Shown one piece after another: positions 37,110-51,000 of a stretch of 64,000 nucleotides of DNA (its first letter is position 1; each line of letters starts with the position of its first letter). Origin of the DNA: Octopus bimaculoides (lineage: Eukaryota); NCBI RefSeq assembly GCF_001194135.2, contig NC_068998.1, positions 32,855,799-32,919,798 on the forward strand, in the 5' to 3' direction. The notes under the pieces are model-generated. The model was not told where the DNA came from. It ran no database searches and saw only the letters and a program-made list of their open reading frames with translations. The position numbers were made by a program, and so were the translations under genes.

Positions 37110-37960
37110 ATATGTGTTGTACCTAATTTATGGATATTTTCATATACTCGTCTATTTCTTAACATCATTCCATGACAAAAATTGTCTGGATCTGCAGTAG
37201 CAACTGGTAAGCAATGATATATATGTTTGTATCTTGATCTATATAATGTGTCTGGCATTCTTGTTAGTCGCTGCTGGGGTTATTTTCATCTTCCTCATAT
37301 GTATTATCATCTACCTTATATGTATTAAACCCAACACGCACCTAAAAGATATCTCTGGTGCATACTGCAGTAACTTGTCTTCAAACGATGTATAATCTAG
37401 TCAATAATGCATTTACTACTGCAACCCAAATTGGATTTAGTGGGGCAAATAAGCCTAACTGAAGTTTTAATGTAGAAGCCAGGCTTGTGGTTCTTCAGGG
37501 TGAAGTGGGGGTGGGTGGGTGTCTAGGTGTATAAGGTTCCATTTGATCAAGTAATCCAAGGTCTTGAATCAGCTTATAGTAGAAGTCGTTGATATCCTTA
37601 AGTTAGTGTATATATTGATTAGGAGGGTATAAGTTCCTGGTTTTGTCCAAAAACATACAAATGCAAATCCTAGAAATAATCCTGGAGAGGTCCTTTTGGA
37701 ATGAATTCATCATATTCAAGAATTTTATGTCCCTAATCCATTTTGAATTTAGCCAGGGAGGGGTTAGGTGGTGGATTTTTTATAAGTTCTTAAATTATAG
37801 TAATCTCTATCTTTGGAGTAGTAAGAATTATTTCATTTGTTGTCATAGAAGAAAGCCTTCCATCTCATCTGTGAAATGAAGTCATTGATATTCTGTAATA
37901 GTAGTTCCATGTAAAGGAATTGGAATATTTTTAGTAGAGGTGCCAAAACATTGCTTATCT
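37110..37960 (-). mobile_element. Penelope-like element ORF N-terminal/pre-RT relic
   Basis: TKNIPIP, INDFISQMRWKAFFYDN and DIKFLNMMNSFQKDL...VFLDKTRNLY match the PLE pre-RT region. Confidence 0.75.
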
Positions 37961-38085
37961 ACAGTAAGTGTAATCTATAAGTAGTAATCAGCTGAACAAA
38001 GGCTATATGGATAGTACACGAGAGCAGAGTGTGTTCGGTATAAAAAACACATAGTAATACTTTTTCTTTTTTTTTTTTTCCTTTT

Positions 38086-38281
38086 TACTTGTTTCAGTCA
38101 TTTGACTGCGGCCATGCTGGAGCACCACCTTTAGTCAAACAAATCGACCCCGAGACTTATTCTTTGTAAGCCTAGTACTTATTCTATCGGTCTCTTTTGC
38201 CAAACCGCTAAGTGATGGGGACGTAAATACACCAGCATCGGTTGTCAAGCAATGCTAGGGGGGACAAACACACACACACAA

Positions 38282-38326
<45 letters not shown>

Positions 38327-38430
38327 TACGACGGGCTTCTTTCAGTTTCCGTCTACCAAATCCACTCACAAGGCTTTGGTCGGCCCGAGGCTATAGTAGA
38401 AGACACTTGCCCAAGATGCCACGAAACTCT
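38086..38430 (-). mobile_element. SINE family A (long, internal CA/TA microsatellite), head-truncated
   Basis: ttttacttgtttcagtcatttgactgcggccatgctggagcacc tail and ccactcacaaggctttggtcggcccgaggctatagtagaagacacttg body, shared with 47706 and 53195. Confidence 0.88.
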
Positions 38431-38914
38431 AAATTCTTTGTCCTAGACAAGGCTCATGCTATCAATAGTGGCTATAAGAAAAATTCGAACCAAGCTGATG
38501 TGGAGTTAGTAATGGAGATAAGCATAGTTAAGCTTGATATAAATATATTTAAATGTAGCACAAAGAATACAGAATAATTATAAACTGGATGGATAAAATA
38601 TATTAAATGACACATCCATACTGAATGATCAGTATATCCCTCTTCTAGTATTGATGGCACAGCACCTCTGACTATTTTCATCAAGAAAATACAGTTTAAT
38701 TCAATTAAATATAGATTTGGTAAGGAAGAAGGTTTTACAAACTTCATTTTGAATGTTCAAACGTAATTCAATGTACCTATTGTTTTCATCAAAAAGATTG
38801 TGCATGACACAAGGTTATAATTATATGTGCACACACACACATCTATATGCCATATATATATAATAGGGGTAAGAAGATGAAAAATGAAGTTAGCATATCT
38901 TTATAATTAGTTAC

Positions 38915-41870
38915 TGTCAAGTTTTGTAATTTGCTTATTTCATCAGCACCGATATAGGAACAAGGATCAAATAGCCATAAACTACAAATTTCTATCATGT
39001 CACTGTCAAATCATCTTTTGTAATTCGATTCTGCTGACAAACAATGCAGTTGGAAATGAAGGTAGTCACATCTCAAGACATGTTTGGCCACTAGAATTTC
39101 ATAGAAATTTTACTGAGCATTTGTTGAATACCTAAATGTGTATCATGACTGTCATGAAGTATACTGTCCCATAGTTGGTAGGGACCTAATATTCTTGTTT
39201 GCAAATATAGAATTCTGTCTTCTATCATTTGTTGATCATGCATGCATTTAAAAAGGAGGTTGCACTTGTTTTGCAAAGTCCATTTTCTGGATATGACCAT
39301 GCATTTGATTTGCTGAATATGTTTCATATTCAGTAATATTTTTCACAAAGTTGATGTATGTGGGGCCAAAGAGAATGTCACTCACTTGCTCAACTGCAAA
39401 GATAATTCCTTCGTCCATTACTTGCAATCTCAATATTGCATCAACATGAGGAATTTTAGAGCCAAAGATATGCAATATATCAAAATCAACTGCCATTAAT
39501 TGAATAGCCCATTGCCCAATTCTAGTGGAAACATTCGTAGGGATCGACATTTTTGGGTGGAAGATATATTTTAAAGGTTTATGATCGATATTGAGTTTGA
39601 ACCTTTTAATTAGCAAGAATTGTTTGAGACAGGTAACAGCTTTGCATTTGATATTTGACCAATTAAACTCAGCAGGTGTCAATTTTCTTGACACATAGAA
39701 CAGTGTTACCATTTTGTGAAAGTATTGCCACAACGCTGTTCATTGAGGCATCAGTCATCAGCTTAGTAGGTAATTTAGGATCTAATGGCATCAACACTGG
39801 TTCTTTACATAGCTGGTCTTTAATATTCTGAAATTCAAGTTGGCACTTGTCTGTCCACTGAAAACAATTGGCAGTAGTTAGATTCTGCATGCTAATTGTT
39901 TTCTCACTGAAATTTGAAATGAATCTCCCAAAGTGTCCTATTGTAGTTCCTCCATGTTTTTTGGCTGATTTAATGCCATGATTCTGTAAGAGAGTTCTTT
40001 TTGGGGTTTAATTCCTTTTGCCGATATCACATGGCTTAGAAATGAGATGTTTGTAGTCTTTTGAACACATTTTTCTTTGTTGACACTGACTTGTTTCTCA
40101 CATAATCTTCTAAGGATAACATTTAAATGTTTATTCAGGCTCTGTTCCATCTTAGTAAAAACGGTTATATTGTCTTGGTAGGCGATGAAATTGTTTTAGT
40201 CCATTGAGCACTACATTCTCTATAGCATGCTACAAAATTGCAGAACTAGTTTTCATCCTCATCTGTAATCATGTAATGAAATATATCCCTCTTCTAGTAT
40301 TGATGGTACAGCACCTCTGACTATTTTCATCAAACTTGATCTGCCAATATGTATCAGTTAAATCAATCTTAGCAAAGAATCTTGCACCACTGAGCTTGCT
40401 GAACATGGTTTCTGTTTGTGGCAAAGGATAAGCTTCTGTGCATATCTTTTCATTTAGGTGAAATTTGTTGTCAGAATACATACACAGTCATCCATTTTAC
40501 TTTCTAACCCACACAACTGGAGAAGTATTGACTATACCACCCGGAGCACATTTTTTAATTACACCTTTGGCTTCCAATGCATCTATTTCTTTTGTTACAT
40601 CTTCCTCAAAAATCATAGGTACGTTTCTGGGGGCACAGAATTTATCAGGCATGAGATATTAATTTAACAGAAGCTTGCACTCCTTTTTATCAGTGGCAGA
40701 AATTACTCAATGCAGCAAATTGTTTCAGCATTGAGCAGGTCATGACCCAGTAGACCATACCTGCAGTCACCTTTAATTATTTTGAAAGTGTGGAGGAATT
40801 GCTGACCCTCTCATTTCACCGTAAGCCAAGCATCCCCAATGCATTTCATGTGGTGCCCATCGTACAGTTCATATAAAGAATCTTGCCGCGTGATCGTGAC
40901 ACCGATATCCTTTGCTATTATGGATGAGATAATGCTGCAGGGAGCACCCATATCATGCTTCATGTCTATCATGTGCCCACTGAGTGAGACAAATTCAAAC
41001 ACAGGTTTTCCAGTGCATGACCAATAAAAGTCATGATTCCATCCTGATGACTCATCCTGTGATTATTCCTGGTGCTTTTGCAAAGTTTTTGCAGATAGCT
41101 TTTATTGCAAGGCATTTGTATTGTGGAAACCAGAGTCTTCCTCAGCAACAACTGGATTTGTCACTCAATTTCTTTTCTTTTATCTTGTACGGTCGTTTTG
41201 GAATAGGCAATGACTTTCTCTTTTGAATTGTCATTGTAGAATTCAGATATTTGCAAAGTACATTGTAAAAATTGTACTGTAGTGTCTAAACTGAGTTTGT
41301 TAACTTCATTAGCTTGAAGAACTTTCTCTCTTTCCTCACTACTTCTTAGACTGACAACTGAGACAGTATGAGTTTTTCACTCATTGATGTTTTAGACATT
41401 TTCGGACTTTCAAAATCACAGTATTCACTGGTGTGTTGTAGATTTAAAAGAAATTAAGAAATTAACCCATTGGGCTGTTGAATAGTGGAGAAGAATTCTA
41501 TTCTTTTGGATAATATCGGTTTCTTTGAAGGAGCAACATGATTTAGAATTGAATTTTTTCGGTTATCGTAAGTCATTTTCATAATTTTCTTAGGATAATT
41601 TTCAGTACTTGTAATCCTACCAAAGAAATGAATTTCATAGCCATAAGACTTTTGTCATGATCTTGTAGGTTATCCTTTAATTTGTCCACATAAAATTTTG
41701 TTTTGAATGCCATGAGCCAGGTTGAGATGTCTTTCATTGACTGTAAGTTTGTATCGCCAAGAGATTTTCTTCCCTCTATCGATAACACCATTGTCAAGTT
41801 CTTTAATTTGCTTATTTCATAAGCACCAGTATAGGAACAAGGATCAAATAGCTGTAAACTGTAAATTTCT
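38915..41870 (-). mobile_element. Gypsy/Ty3 LTR retrotransposon (K02A2.6/Mag-like), degraded, integrase core missing
   Basis: Protease DMGAPCSII; RT YPLPQTETMFSKLSGARFFAKIDLTDTYWQI and YQDNI; RNaseH TDAS and IDHKPL; integrase Zn-finger HDSHDTHLGIQQM. 79-bp direct repeats at 38915-38993 and 41792-41870 (9 mismatches). PBS-like TGGTG just inside the right repeat. Confidence 0.92.
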
Positions 41871-41874
41871 TATT

Positions 41875-42098
41875 TTTTTACTACCCACAAGGGGCTATAC
41901 ACAGAGGGGACAAACAAGGACAGACAAACAAATTAAGTCGATTATATCGACTCCAGTGCGTAACTGGTACTTATTTAATCAACCCCTGAAAGGATGAAAG
42001 GCAAAGTCGACCTTGGCGGAATTTGAACTCAGTACGTAAAGACATATGAAATACTGCTAAGCATTTCACCCAACATGCTAACATTTCTGCCAACTCAC
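41875..42098 (-). mobile_element. SINE family B, inserted at or into the Gypsy 5' LTR
   Basis: aaggatgaaaggcaaagtcgaccttggcggaatttgaactcag core, as at 22909. Confidence 0.88.
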
Positions 42099-42769
42099 CA
42101 TATTTCTATTTCACCATAGTAGGAGCACAATCAACAGCAGTACATATGAGAAGGGGTAGCAACATCAATTGTGATCCTGTAGCAATGGAATCAATTGTAT
42201 GTGCCCATTTATATTAATCGTAATGTGGCAAAGCTAGCCATTTCTTCCATTTTCCCTATTATCATTTGCTGCTATTTTTATTTTCCTCTGGTAAAGCCAG
42301 CCACTTATTTGACCACTTCTGGCTGTAGATTATATAAAGAACCCCTTCGTACATGGTTTCTCTCAAACCTTCTCATCTTGCTCTGCTATTTGACACCATC
42401 ATATCATGATGCAAAATGTTCAGCAGCTAAGCTAAGAAATTTGTCTAGTTTTTAATTGTTCATCATTCTTTTCATTCATTTAACATGTATTACTAACATG
42501 CTAATCTTCTTGAGTTGGAATAACTTTGTAACTTGTAATTCATTACTTTCTCTAATAGCTTCTAGAATCGTACCCAACCAAATAGCAGCCCATTTACTTA
42601 CTTACTCAATTTAACATTGGCATATTTATATCTATATTTGCAGCTGCAGTAACACTTATATATACAATGCTTACCTTACTCTCACCCTCAGTAGAGGCAA
42701 CAATTTTAACTTGTTTGAATGATGATAGGTTATGGCATGTCTAGTATCAAATGATCAAAGAAACCTTCT

Positions 42770-45700
42770 TTTCAAGTGCTGTATAACATTGCTCCTTCCC
42801 ATATTCCCTCCCACATCCCTTTCCCAATTTTCAGAGTTGGCACTGTAAATGTAGGCACATTGAAATGTAGGTCTAACAAGATTGTAGAAATGCTTGAATT
42901 GAAGCATGTTGATGTATGTTGCATACAAGAGGTAAGATGGAGAGGAGCTTCAGCCAGGTTCCTCACAGGCAAGACACATAGATATAAAATCTTCAGGAAA
43001 GTAACAGTGACAGAGTAGGTGGTGTGGGCATACTTCTTGCAGAGAAAGAGTGGATAAGGTCATAGAGATATAGTCAGAGTGTGCAATAGAGTGCTTAAGC
43101 TCTAGCTAGTCTTGCAGAATAGTATAGTTACAATTATATCTACCTACACCTCACAAGTAGGCCTACCAAATGAACAGAAGGATCACTTTTATGATATTGA
43201 TCTGCAGGCTACCTCAAAGACGAGTGACAATGGTCTCAACTTCATGGCTGGGAATTTCAATGGGCATGTCAGATGGCAGCGTGGTATCTTCCATGGTGTA
43301 CATGGAGACCATGGAATTGGTTCCCGAAACGAAGAGGGAACAAGGCTACTGGAGTTTAGTGATGCAAATAACCTATTGATCTGCAACACCAACTTCAGGA
43401 AGCCAGTCAGCCACCTTGATAACCTATCATTCAGGTGACTCTGCTGGCCAGATCGATTTCATTCTCACCAGACAGTGGGATGCATGGTTGCTCTTAGATA
43501 CAATGACCCTCACTGGTGAATAACGTACCCCTCAGCATAGACTGGTATTAGCGACTTTAGAATCAAGGCCAGAAGGATGCCAAGAAGAACATCAATCTGG
43601 GAAAGAAGGATTTGGAAGCTTAAGTACTCTTCATATGGTCAGAGATTTAGGGACATCCTAATTGAGAAATTTGATGAGAGGGAAGAGGAGCTACAAACTT
43701 GTGACATAGAGGAAAATTGGAGATTCCTGCTGGACAGCTTGCTGAGTGCCACAGACCAAATCTATGGCTGGTACAAAGTCCCTTCCAGACCTAGGGTAAC
43801 GTGGTCGTGGAACAATACTGTAGACAGGGCCTGGAAGGCTTTGAAGTGTTGGGGCAGCAGGAAACTGTATCAGTTAGCCAGAAGGGAAACTAGGAGACTG
43901 GTTTATCTAGCCAAGGGAGAAGCAGAAATGAAGAAGTTTGCCTATGTTCAGCATCATGAGGACCAAAGAACTGAAGTATTTCAGATTGCAAGAGAGTGTG
44001 TGAGAGAAAATTGTGACACCACAGGAAAGAAATGTGTTCACATGGATGATGGTGCACTTGCTTTTAATGAGTCTGCAAAGAAAGAAGATTGGAGATGCCA
44101 TTATGAAAGACTGCTGGCCATGGAGAATGAATGGGAGGAGGAGAGTCTGCCAAATGTTGACCCAATTGAGGGATCAGCTACCTGAATCAACAGTAGGCTG
44201 GTAGATAAAGCAATTAAGGGCATGAAAACAGGAAAAGCCCTTGGCTCAGCAGGAATCACTGCTGAGATGCTTACAATGCCTGGTGGTGTGGGTTATGGTA
44301 TAGTCACCCGTATTGTAAATCAGGTGGTTCATGAAAGAGTCATACCCAATGACTGGTGTAGCAGCACCATAGTCAACTGCTACAAAGGTAAAGGTGATGC
44401 CTCAGATAGAAATAATTAGAGGTATCAAATTGTTGGATCAGATGTTGAAACTTGTGGAGAGAGTCATAACCCAGCTAATTAGGGAGTGAGTTAGTCTAGA
44501 TGAGATGCAGTTTGGTTTTGTAGCAGGTAAGGACACCGCTGATGTTATATTTCTGGTATGGCAACTGCTGGAGAAATGCCTAGCCAAAGATAAACCACTG
44601 TACTTGGCTTTTGTTGGCTTGAAGAAAGCCTTTGATAGAGGGCCTGATCCCTTATCTGGTGGTCAATGTGGAAACTAGGGATAGATAAGTGGTTGGTGAG
44701 AGCTGTACAAGCCTTGTACAGGGATGCTATCAGTAAGGTGAGGGTGGGTAATGAGTACAGTGAAGAATTCGGAGTACAAGTTGGGGTTCACCAAGGATAG
44801 GTACTCAACTCCCTCTTGTTCATCATAATCCACCAGGTGATAACAGAGGAATTTAAGACAGGCTGACCCTGAGAACTCCTCTATGCAGATGACCTTGCTC
44901 TAATAGCTGAATCACTACCAGAACTAGAGAAGTTCCAAGTATGGAACATGGTCTAAAACCAAAGGGCCTTAGAGTTTACCTAACAAAAACCAAAGTAGGA
45001 AGTAAGTAAGTAGGAAGGCAAACAAATCACAAATACCTTCATGTAGATGGCCCTGCTCAATCTGTAGAAAAGGTGTAGGTAGAAACTCCATAAGATGTAC
45101 TCTGTGTAGCTTTAGTCACACAAAAGGTGCAGCAACATCAAAGGAAGGTTAACAGAGAAACCAACTTTTGTATGTGGAAGGTGCACAAGCATAATAAATG
45201 CTAAACATGTGCAGAAAATAGACTGTATCAACTGCCAGGGGAACAAGTTAATGGTTGTAGATAGCTTCCAGTATCTAGGTGACATGTTAGTAGTGGAGGT
45301 GGATGTTCCGAGAGCATAGCTGTCAGAATAAGATTAGGTTGGGCAAAGTTCAGAGAGCTTCTACTCCTGCTGGCAACAAAGGGCCTCTCTCTGAGTGAAA
45401 AGCAGATTGTTTGATGCCTGTGTGCAAACAGCTATGCTGCATGGCAATGAAACATGGGCTATAACAGCCGAGGACATGTGTTGGCTTGAAAGGAATGAAG
45501 CCAGTATGCTTCACTGGATGTACAATGTCAGTGTGCATGTTCGATAGAGTGTAAGCATCTTGATAGAAAAGTTAGGCATAAGGGGAATCAAATGTGGTGA
45601 CCAAGACCTCTGGAAATATGCTGTGCTTGAGAAGAGCCCGTCAAGCCAAGTACACCTGTACTGGTGGCACATAAAGAACATTCTTTGAATGTTGGGCCTC

Positions 45701-45950
45701 ACGGAGGCAAAGTGGCTGAGTTCCTTTTGAGTGTTGGGTCTCACGGAGGCAATGACAAAGACTTGGCATTATGTCATGCTTGAGTCGAAGACCCATCAAG
45801 CCAAGCAAAACCACTGTTGTGACAGATACCAGTGTCATGCAAATTGGTACCCATGCCAGTGGCATGTAAACACACCCTGGTGTCACACAAATGGTACTTA
45901 TGCTGGTGGCACGTAAAAGCACCCATCACACTCTCGTAGTGGTTAGCATT
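42770..45950 (+). mobile_element. Near-full-length RTE-clade LINE (endonuclease + RT), pseudogenised
   Basis: FRVGTVNVGTLK...DVCCIQEVRW, AGNFNGHV, LLICNTNFRKP, KTGKALGSAGITAEML, LYADDLALIAES; many stops and frameshifts. Confidence 0.95.
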
Positions 45951-46225
45951 AGGAGTTCAATACACGACAGTTATTATTGCTTCAGAGCCACTCTTTTTGT
46001 AATAGTGTTGCACATAAATGATTTCACGTGAAAAGTTATGCAATACTCAAAAATACTTAAACTGAATTGGCATTGAATACTATTACTGTTATCATTTTAT
46101 CATCATAGCCTGCCACTGTATCTGTGATTTACTACTGGCATGTATATTACTGATGTATTATTATCTATCCTGCTCGTTCAATCAAGATCTCTCTTTTATT
46201 GTTACTTATATTATTATTAGGGGTT

Positions 46226-46450
46226 AGGTGGTGAGCTGGCAGAATCATTAGCATGTCGGGCAAAATGATTAGAAACGTTTCATCTGTCTTTACATTCTGA
46301 ATATAAGTTCCGTTGAGGTGGACTTTGCCTTTCATCCTTTCAGGGTCAATAAAACAAGTACCAGTTGAACATTGGAGTTGATGAGGTTGACTTATCCCCT
46401 CCCCTGAAATTGCTGGCCTTGTGCCAAAATTTGGAATCAATATTATTATT
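46226..46450 (+). mobile_element. SINE family B
   Basis: gagctggcagaatcattagc head; gactttgcctttcatcctttcagggtcaataaaacaagtaccag core. Confidence 0.88.
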
Positions 46451-47705
46451 ATTAAGCATCGTACTCCCTTATTTTTATTTATTTTTGTTCATTTATATTC
46501 TTATTTTATACTTACTCTCATATTTCCTCCTTATATTAGCAACATAAAATATATATTTGTCTCACTGTGTTAAAACATGTCTGGTGAAGTACGACTGTGA
46601 TACAGTAAACTGCACATATTGGATATCTTTTCACTTGAAATTACTTATGTGCAAATAAGTTAGAAATGGAATGGTACTGAAACAATTGTAACTATAATAA
46701 AGATGTGCCAAATTCCTTCTTCAACTTCTTACTCATATGTTACTCTTTGTAAGACTTTCACTCTGCTTTTACCAGTGATATACCTGGAGTTTCTACCTAG
46801 TAGTCTTCAATTATTTTCAAGGTTCCAGTTTGAGAATGTAGGCAATCAGGGTTTCAGGTTGGAAAACAAATTTTCTACTCTAACAGGACCTACACTACAC
46901 ACTCACATATATACACAGGTATGCGTGCATGCACACACACACACACACACACATGCAAATGTAAGAAACATGTTATAGTGTTGCATTTTGATGAGTTACT
47001 ATACAGGTGTATGTGACAATGTAGTTCAGGAATTTTTACTCATATACGCATGGTTAATGCAGCTTGTAGAAAGTTGTCTCTGTCTTTGTCCAGGACATAT
47101 TAAAAGCATTCTCTACCATAAGTTAGCATCAGTTCACAGTATCTGAATTGCTATAGATACTTTTGTTGATATAAAAAAGAACGAAACACTTAGCTACTTG
47201 TAATTTTTTACTTTAAAAACATTGCAAGGTTTAGCAGGAAAGATAGTTTGGGTGTATCATGTGATACTGTCCCTAGATATTTCATATATCCCAAATTCTC
47301 TGCAGAAAAACATTTTTAAATTTGCAAGTAGATATGTCATATGATAGGTAACACATGATTATAACTTCAAACTCTTTGTTATCTTTAGATCTATTTTATA
47401 ATTTTAAAATTTTATAATTGTTAAAATCAATTTTTAATGATTCAGTTTTCTTCCTACATATAAACCTTGTTTCCCTTATTGCATACACTTAATTACATTT
47501 TTGTCTTGTGACATATACTTAGATATTTCAGCATATAAGTAGGATTTTTTTAGGATGCATGCAAATATTTGCTTTTACACATGAGTATGCATAATTTTCC
47601 AACTTAGTGCCTACACACATGTGTATGTCCTGTTTTGTAACTGCTTTCCAGTATTCCATATATACATTATTTTTACTGTGGTTATTCCATAGTTAAAATC
47701 TTTTT

Positions 47706-48085
47706 ACTTTTACTTGTTTCAGTCATTACACTGTGGCCATACTGGGGTATCACCTTGAAGAGTTTTTAGTTAAATGAATAACCCCCAGTACATATTTTTT
47801 CTATTCTATTGGCGTCTTTTGTTGAACCACTGAGTTATGGGGGACATAACACATCAAAACCAGTTGTCAAGCACTGGTAGGGGATAAACGCAGACACAAA
47901 GACACACACACACACACACACATATATACAATGGGCTTTCAGTTTCTGTCTACTAAATCCACTCACATGGCTTTGGTTGGCCCAAGGCTATAATAAAAGA
48001 CATTTGTCCAAGGTGCCATGTAGTGAGATTGAATTCAGAATCATGTGGTTGAGAAGCAAGCTTCTTATCACACAGCCACACCTAA
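47706..48085 (-). mobile_element. SINE family A, near-complete
   Basis: Head rc aggtgtggctgtgataagaagcttgcttctcaaccacatg; internal (CA)n; same tail as 38086. Confidence 0.88.
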
Positions 48086-51000
48086 ATGTTCCCCCATATT
48101 TCCTTAACTTAGCTTGAAACATTCAGTAGTATAATAATTCCATTTATTTACCAAAATTTTTATTCCAATACAAATCATGTAGGCTAAACTAATTCAGTTA
48201 AATAATATTCTTCGACTTCTAAAAGTTTTCTATTTTAGGTATATTAACTCATCATTTTCCTCTGAAACCAGGATGAGCTAGATTAATTTAATAATATTTA
48301 ATTGTAGTACTTAATAATATTCTTCTGGCTTTTAAATATTCCCATTCTACAAGTCATAGACTCACCACCCTCCTCATATAATTTTCGTTACTCTGACTAA
48401 AATTTAATATTCCTGAACTGAATGAATACTTTTATGGCAGTATAGTCAATTTTGGCTCTTTCTCTAACCATAAGATTTATTAATGTAATAATGTTCTTCT
48501 AAATCCTAGATTTTTACTTCCCCTTTTCAAATCCAATGAATACAAGTGTTATACTATGTTTTCTGCATTAGCTCCAGGAGGCTAAACAATTATAATAATG
48601 TTATATGACATCTACATGAAACATTCTCACTTTGTGTAACAGACAATTTTTTAATTATAACCATATTTTACCATTTTGTCGCATTCCTTAAAGCTTCTCT
48701 TGGATTTATAAAATAAGTTTTCAAAATTTACTAAATCACTTATTGTCTTATGAATATTAATGATTAATACATCAATATATGTTAACTTCTTTATCAATCA
48801 ATCAGAAGTGGTTATGTTCTTTTAACATTATAGCATTCAAATTTCCTTGTCAAAAATCTAATGCTTAATTATTCTCATTGTTTGAATTAATCATGCATTA
48901 TCTGACAGCATTGAGATTTTGATGATCTGAGTGTTTATTTTTAGAATGACATCGTCGGGTAGGCATGAGATATTGGATCTGGTCAGTTTGAACCTAAAAC
49001 AAGCAGAATATTGTGGCTGGATACGGTTGATTTAAATGCTAAAAGGGTTAAAGTTGAAATTCATAACATACCCAATATAGGATTTAACAGTTTTAATTTC
49101 TTCTGTCACTCAACCCTCTTTTTTGATACATGCATTTCATTTGACTCTCCTTTGCACATTTCTTTTAATTTTGGTTTCCTTTCACTGTCTATTTCTTTGG
49201 ATGTTTTCGGGACATGCTACATATGGTCAATATATAACTTCTTTGGAAAAAAACCCCCCATTATTTGACAGATTTTGGGTTCTTACAGTAGATGCTATGT
49301 GGACGTTTGTTTTTGAGTTAAACTTATGATGTGAGAGTTATGTTGACCATGTTGCGAACATAGTTGCGAACATTAAAATTGCATGCATTGATAATTACCT
49401 TGTATTTCTGTGCTTGGGATGTTGCTTTACTAGGTTTATAGTAACATCCAAGTTAAGTGTACAAACTGAACTAAATTGTCCTCCTTTTTCTAGTTCTCCT
49501 TAGTGTGATGTGGATGCAGTGTTTTCCATGTAATCTAGCTTAACATTGAAAAAGTTTCTTGCAAGTATATCATAATTAATGCGACCTTGTTGAAGATGCC
49601 TCTGTTTGACAATAAATTGAGAATTCTTCTACTTATAATTAACCCATCAAGTTTCTAATTATGGTTGTGATAGTGATCAGAATTGTTGAGAGTGTATATT
49701 GTGGTCTCATTTACCTTTCTACAAGAGTAAGATTCATTAGTTTATTACAGTTTCTAATTGTTAGGTTTAAGGTGATAAGTTAATATATAAAGACGGGACT
49801 TAGAGCCTTAAGCAAATAAGTGTCTACTAACCTTGAAATGGTTATAAGGGTTGGAGGAGATGTAAAGTGAACCCCCAAACAATGTTTGTCAAATTGGGAA
49901 GGATCAGCAAAGCTGGATTTATATTACGTAAGTCCCACTTTAGATAATTCCTAGAAGCTGGTTCTTTCTTGTCTGAGCTAACTAGAGTAAGCATTCTCAT
50001 AACATTTAGAGTAACTTAAAACACTGAGGCTTACTAAATGCTTTAATAAATAATGACATATATGCATGAGAATGAATGCGATAGTGTGGTGGGAAGACGT
50101 GATGCTGGTGCTGTGGAATATTGATGAGTGATAAGCTTTTTACCATTCACATTACTGGTGTGAAGCTTATTATAGATGAAAAATTATCGTATAGTTGTCA
50201 GTCTACATATGTATATACATGACATTATAGGAAGTGTGGGATATAATATATCTTCGAATGACTTAAGCAGTACAGCAGTGCAGGGCTTGAGTGCTGGTAA
50301 AATACTGATAATAGACCAGGTATTAGCCAAGTCAACAAAGCAAACACTGTTAGACAGAGAACATTTTGGTTAAGAGCATTCTTTAGTTTTTACCATTTGA
50401 ACTTAACTGATGAGGTTATAGGGAAATGGAAAGTATCATGAGGAGACAGTGCAGATGCTCTTTGTTGCTGAATTCAAGGAAGAAACATAGCCTCGGAATG
50501 AGAAGTAATGGTAGTAAGAAATGACACAAAGTTATGCAGATAATGTAGAAGCTTAATGGATTATATACTGAAAGGAAGTTGTATGAGGTTATATTTTGTA
50601 GAAATTATACTTGGTTTGAATTCTTAATAATTGAAGAGTATAATACAGTAACAGTATTACAGATGCAAGCTTTATTTGATAGATTTTAAGGCTAAAAACG
50701 TCAAGAAAGAAAGAATATATAACTGTACACTTTGTTAGTAATTCTATATATAATTCTAAAGATAAAATATGTTTAAACTCATTTCTTAAAGTCAGGAATA
50801 TACACAATCTCTTGCTGATTGAAACACACGATTAGAAGTTATATATTAGTTATACACATCAACCAACTATTGGTAAGCTGCCATTTAATTATAATAAATG
50901 TGTATCTAAGTTAAATATGGAAAGCTGAAAGGAGATTTGTCAGCAATCATGTGACAGTTGAAGTTGTTGCTACAAGTTTTTGCAACACATTTATACCATT

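Noticed and set aside
47228-47347. Open segments GLAGKIVWVYHVILSLDISYIPNSLQKNIFKFA / IFHISQILCRKTFLNLQVDMSYD
   Set aside because: Several competing frames and splice sites; none clearly preferred.
50405-50435. CTGATGA...GAAA hammerhead-like spacing
   Set aside because: The intervening bases do not form stem II and there is no PLE context.
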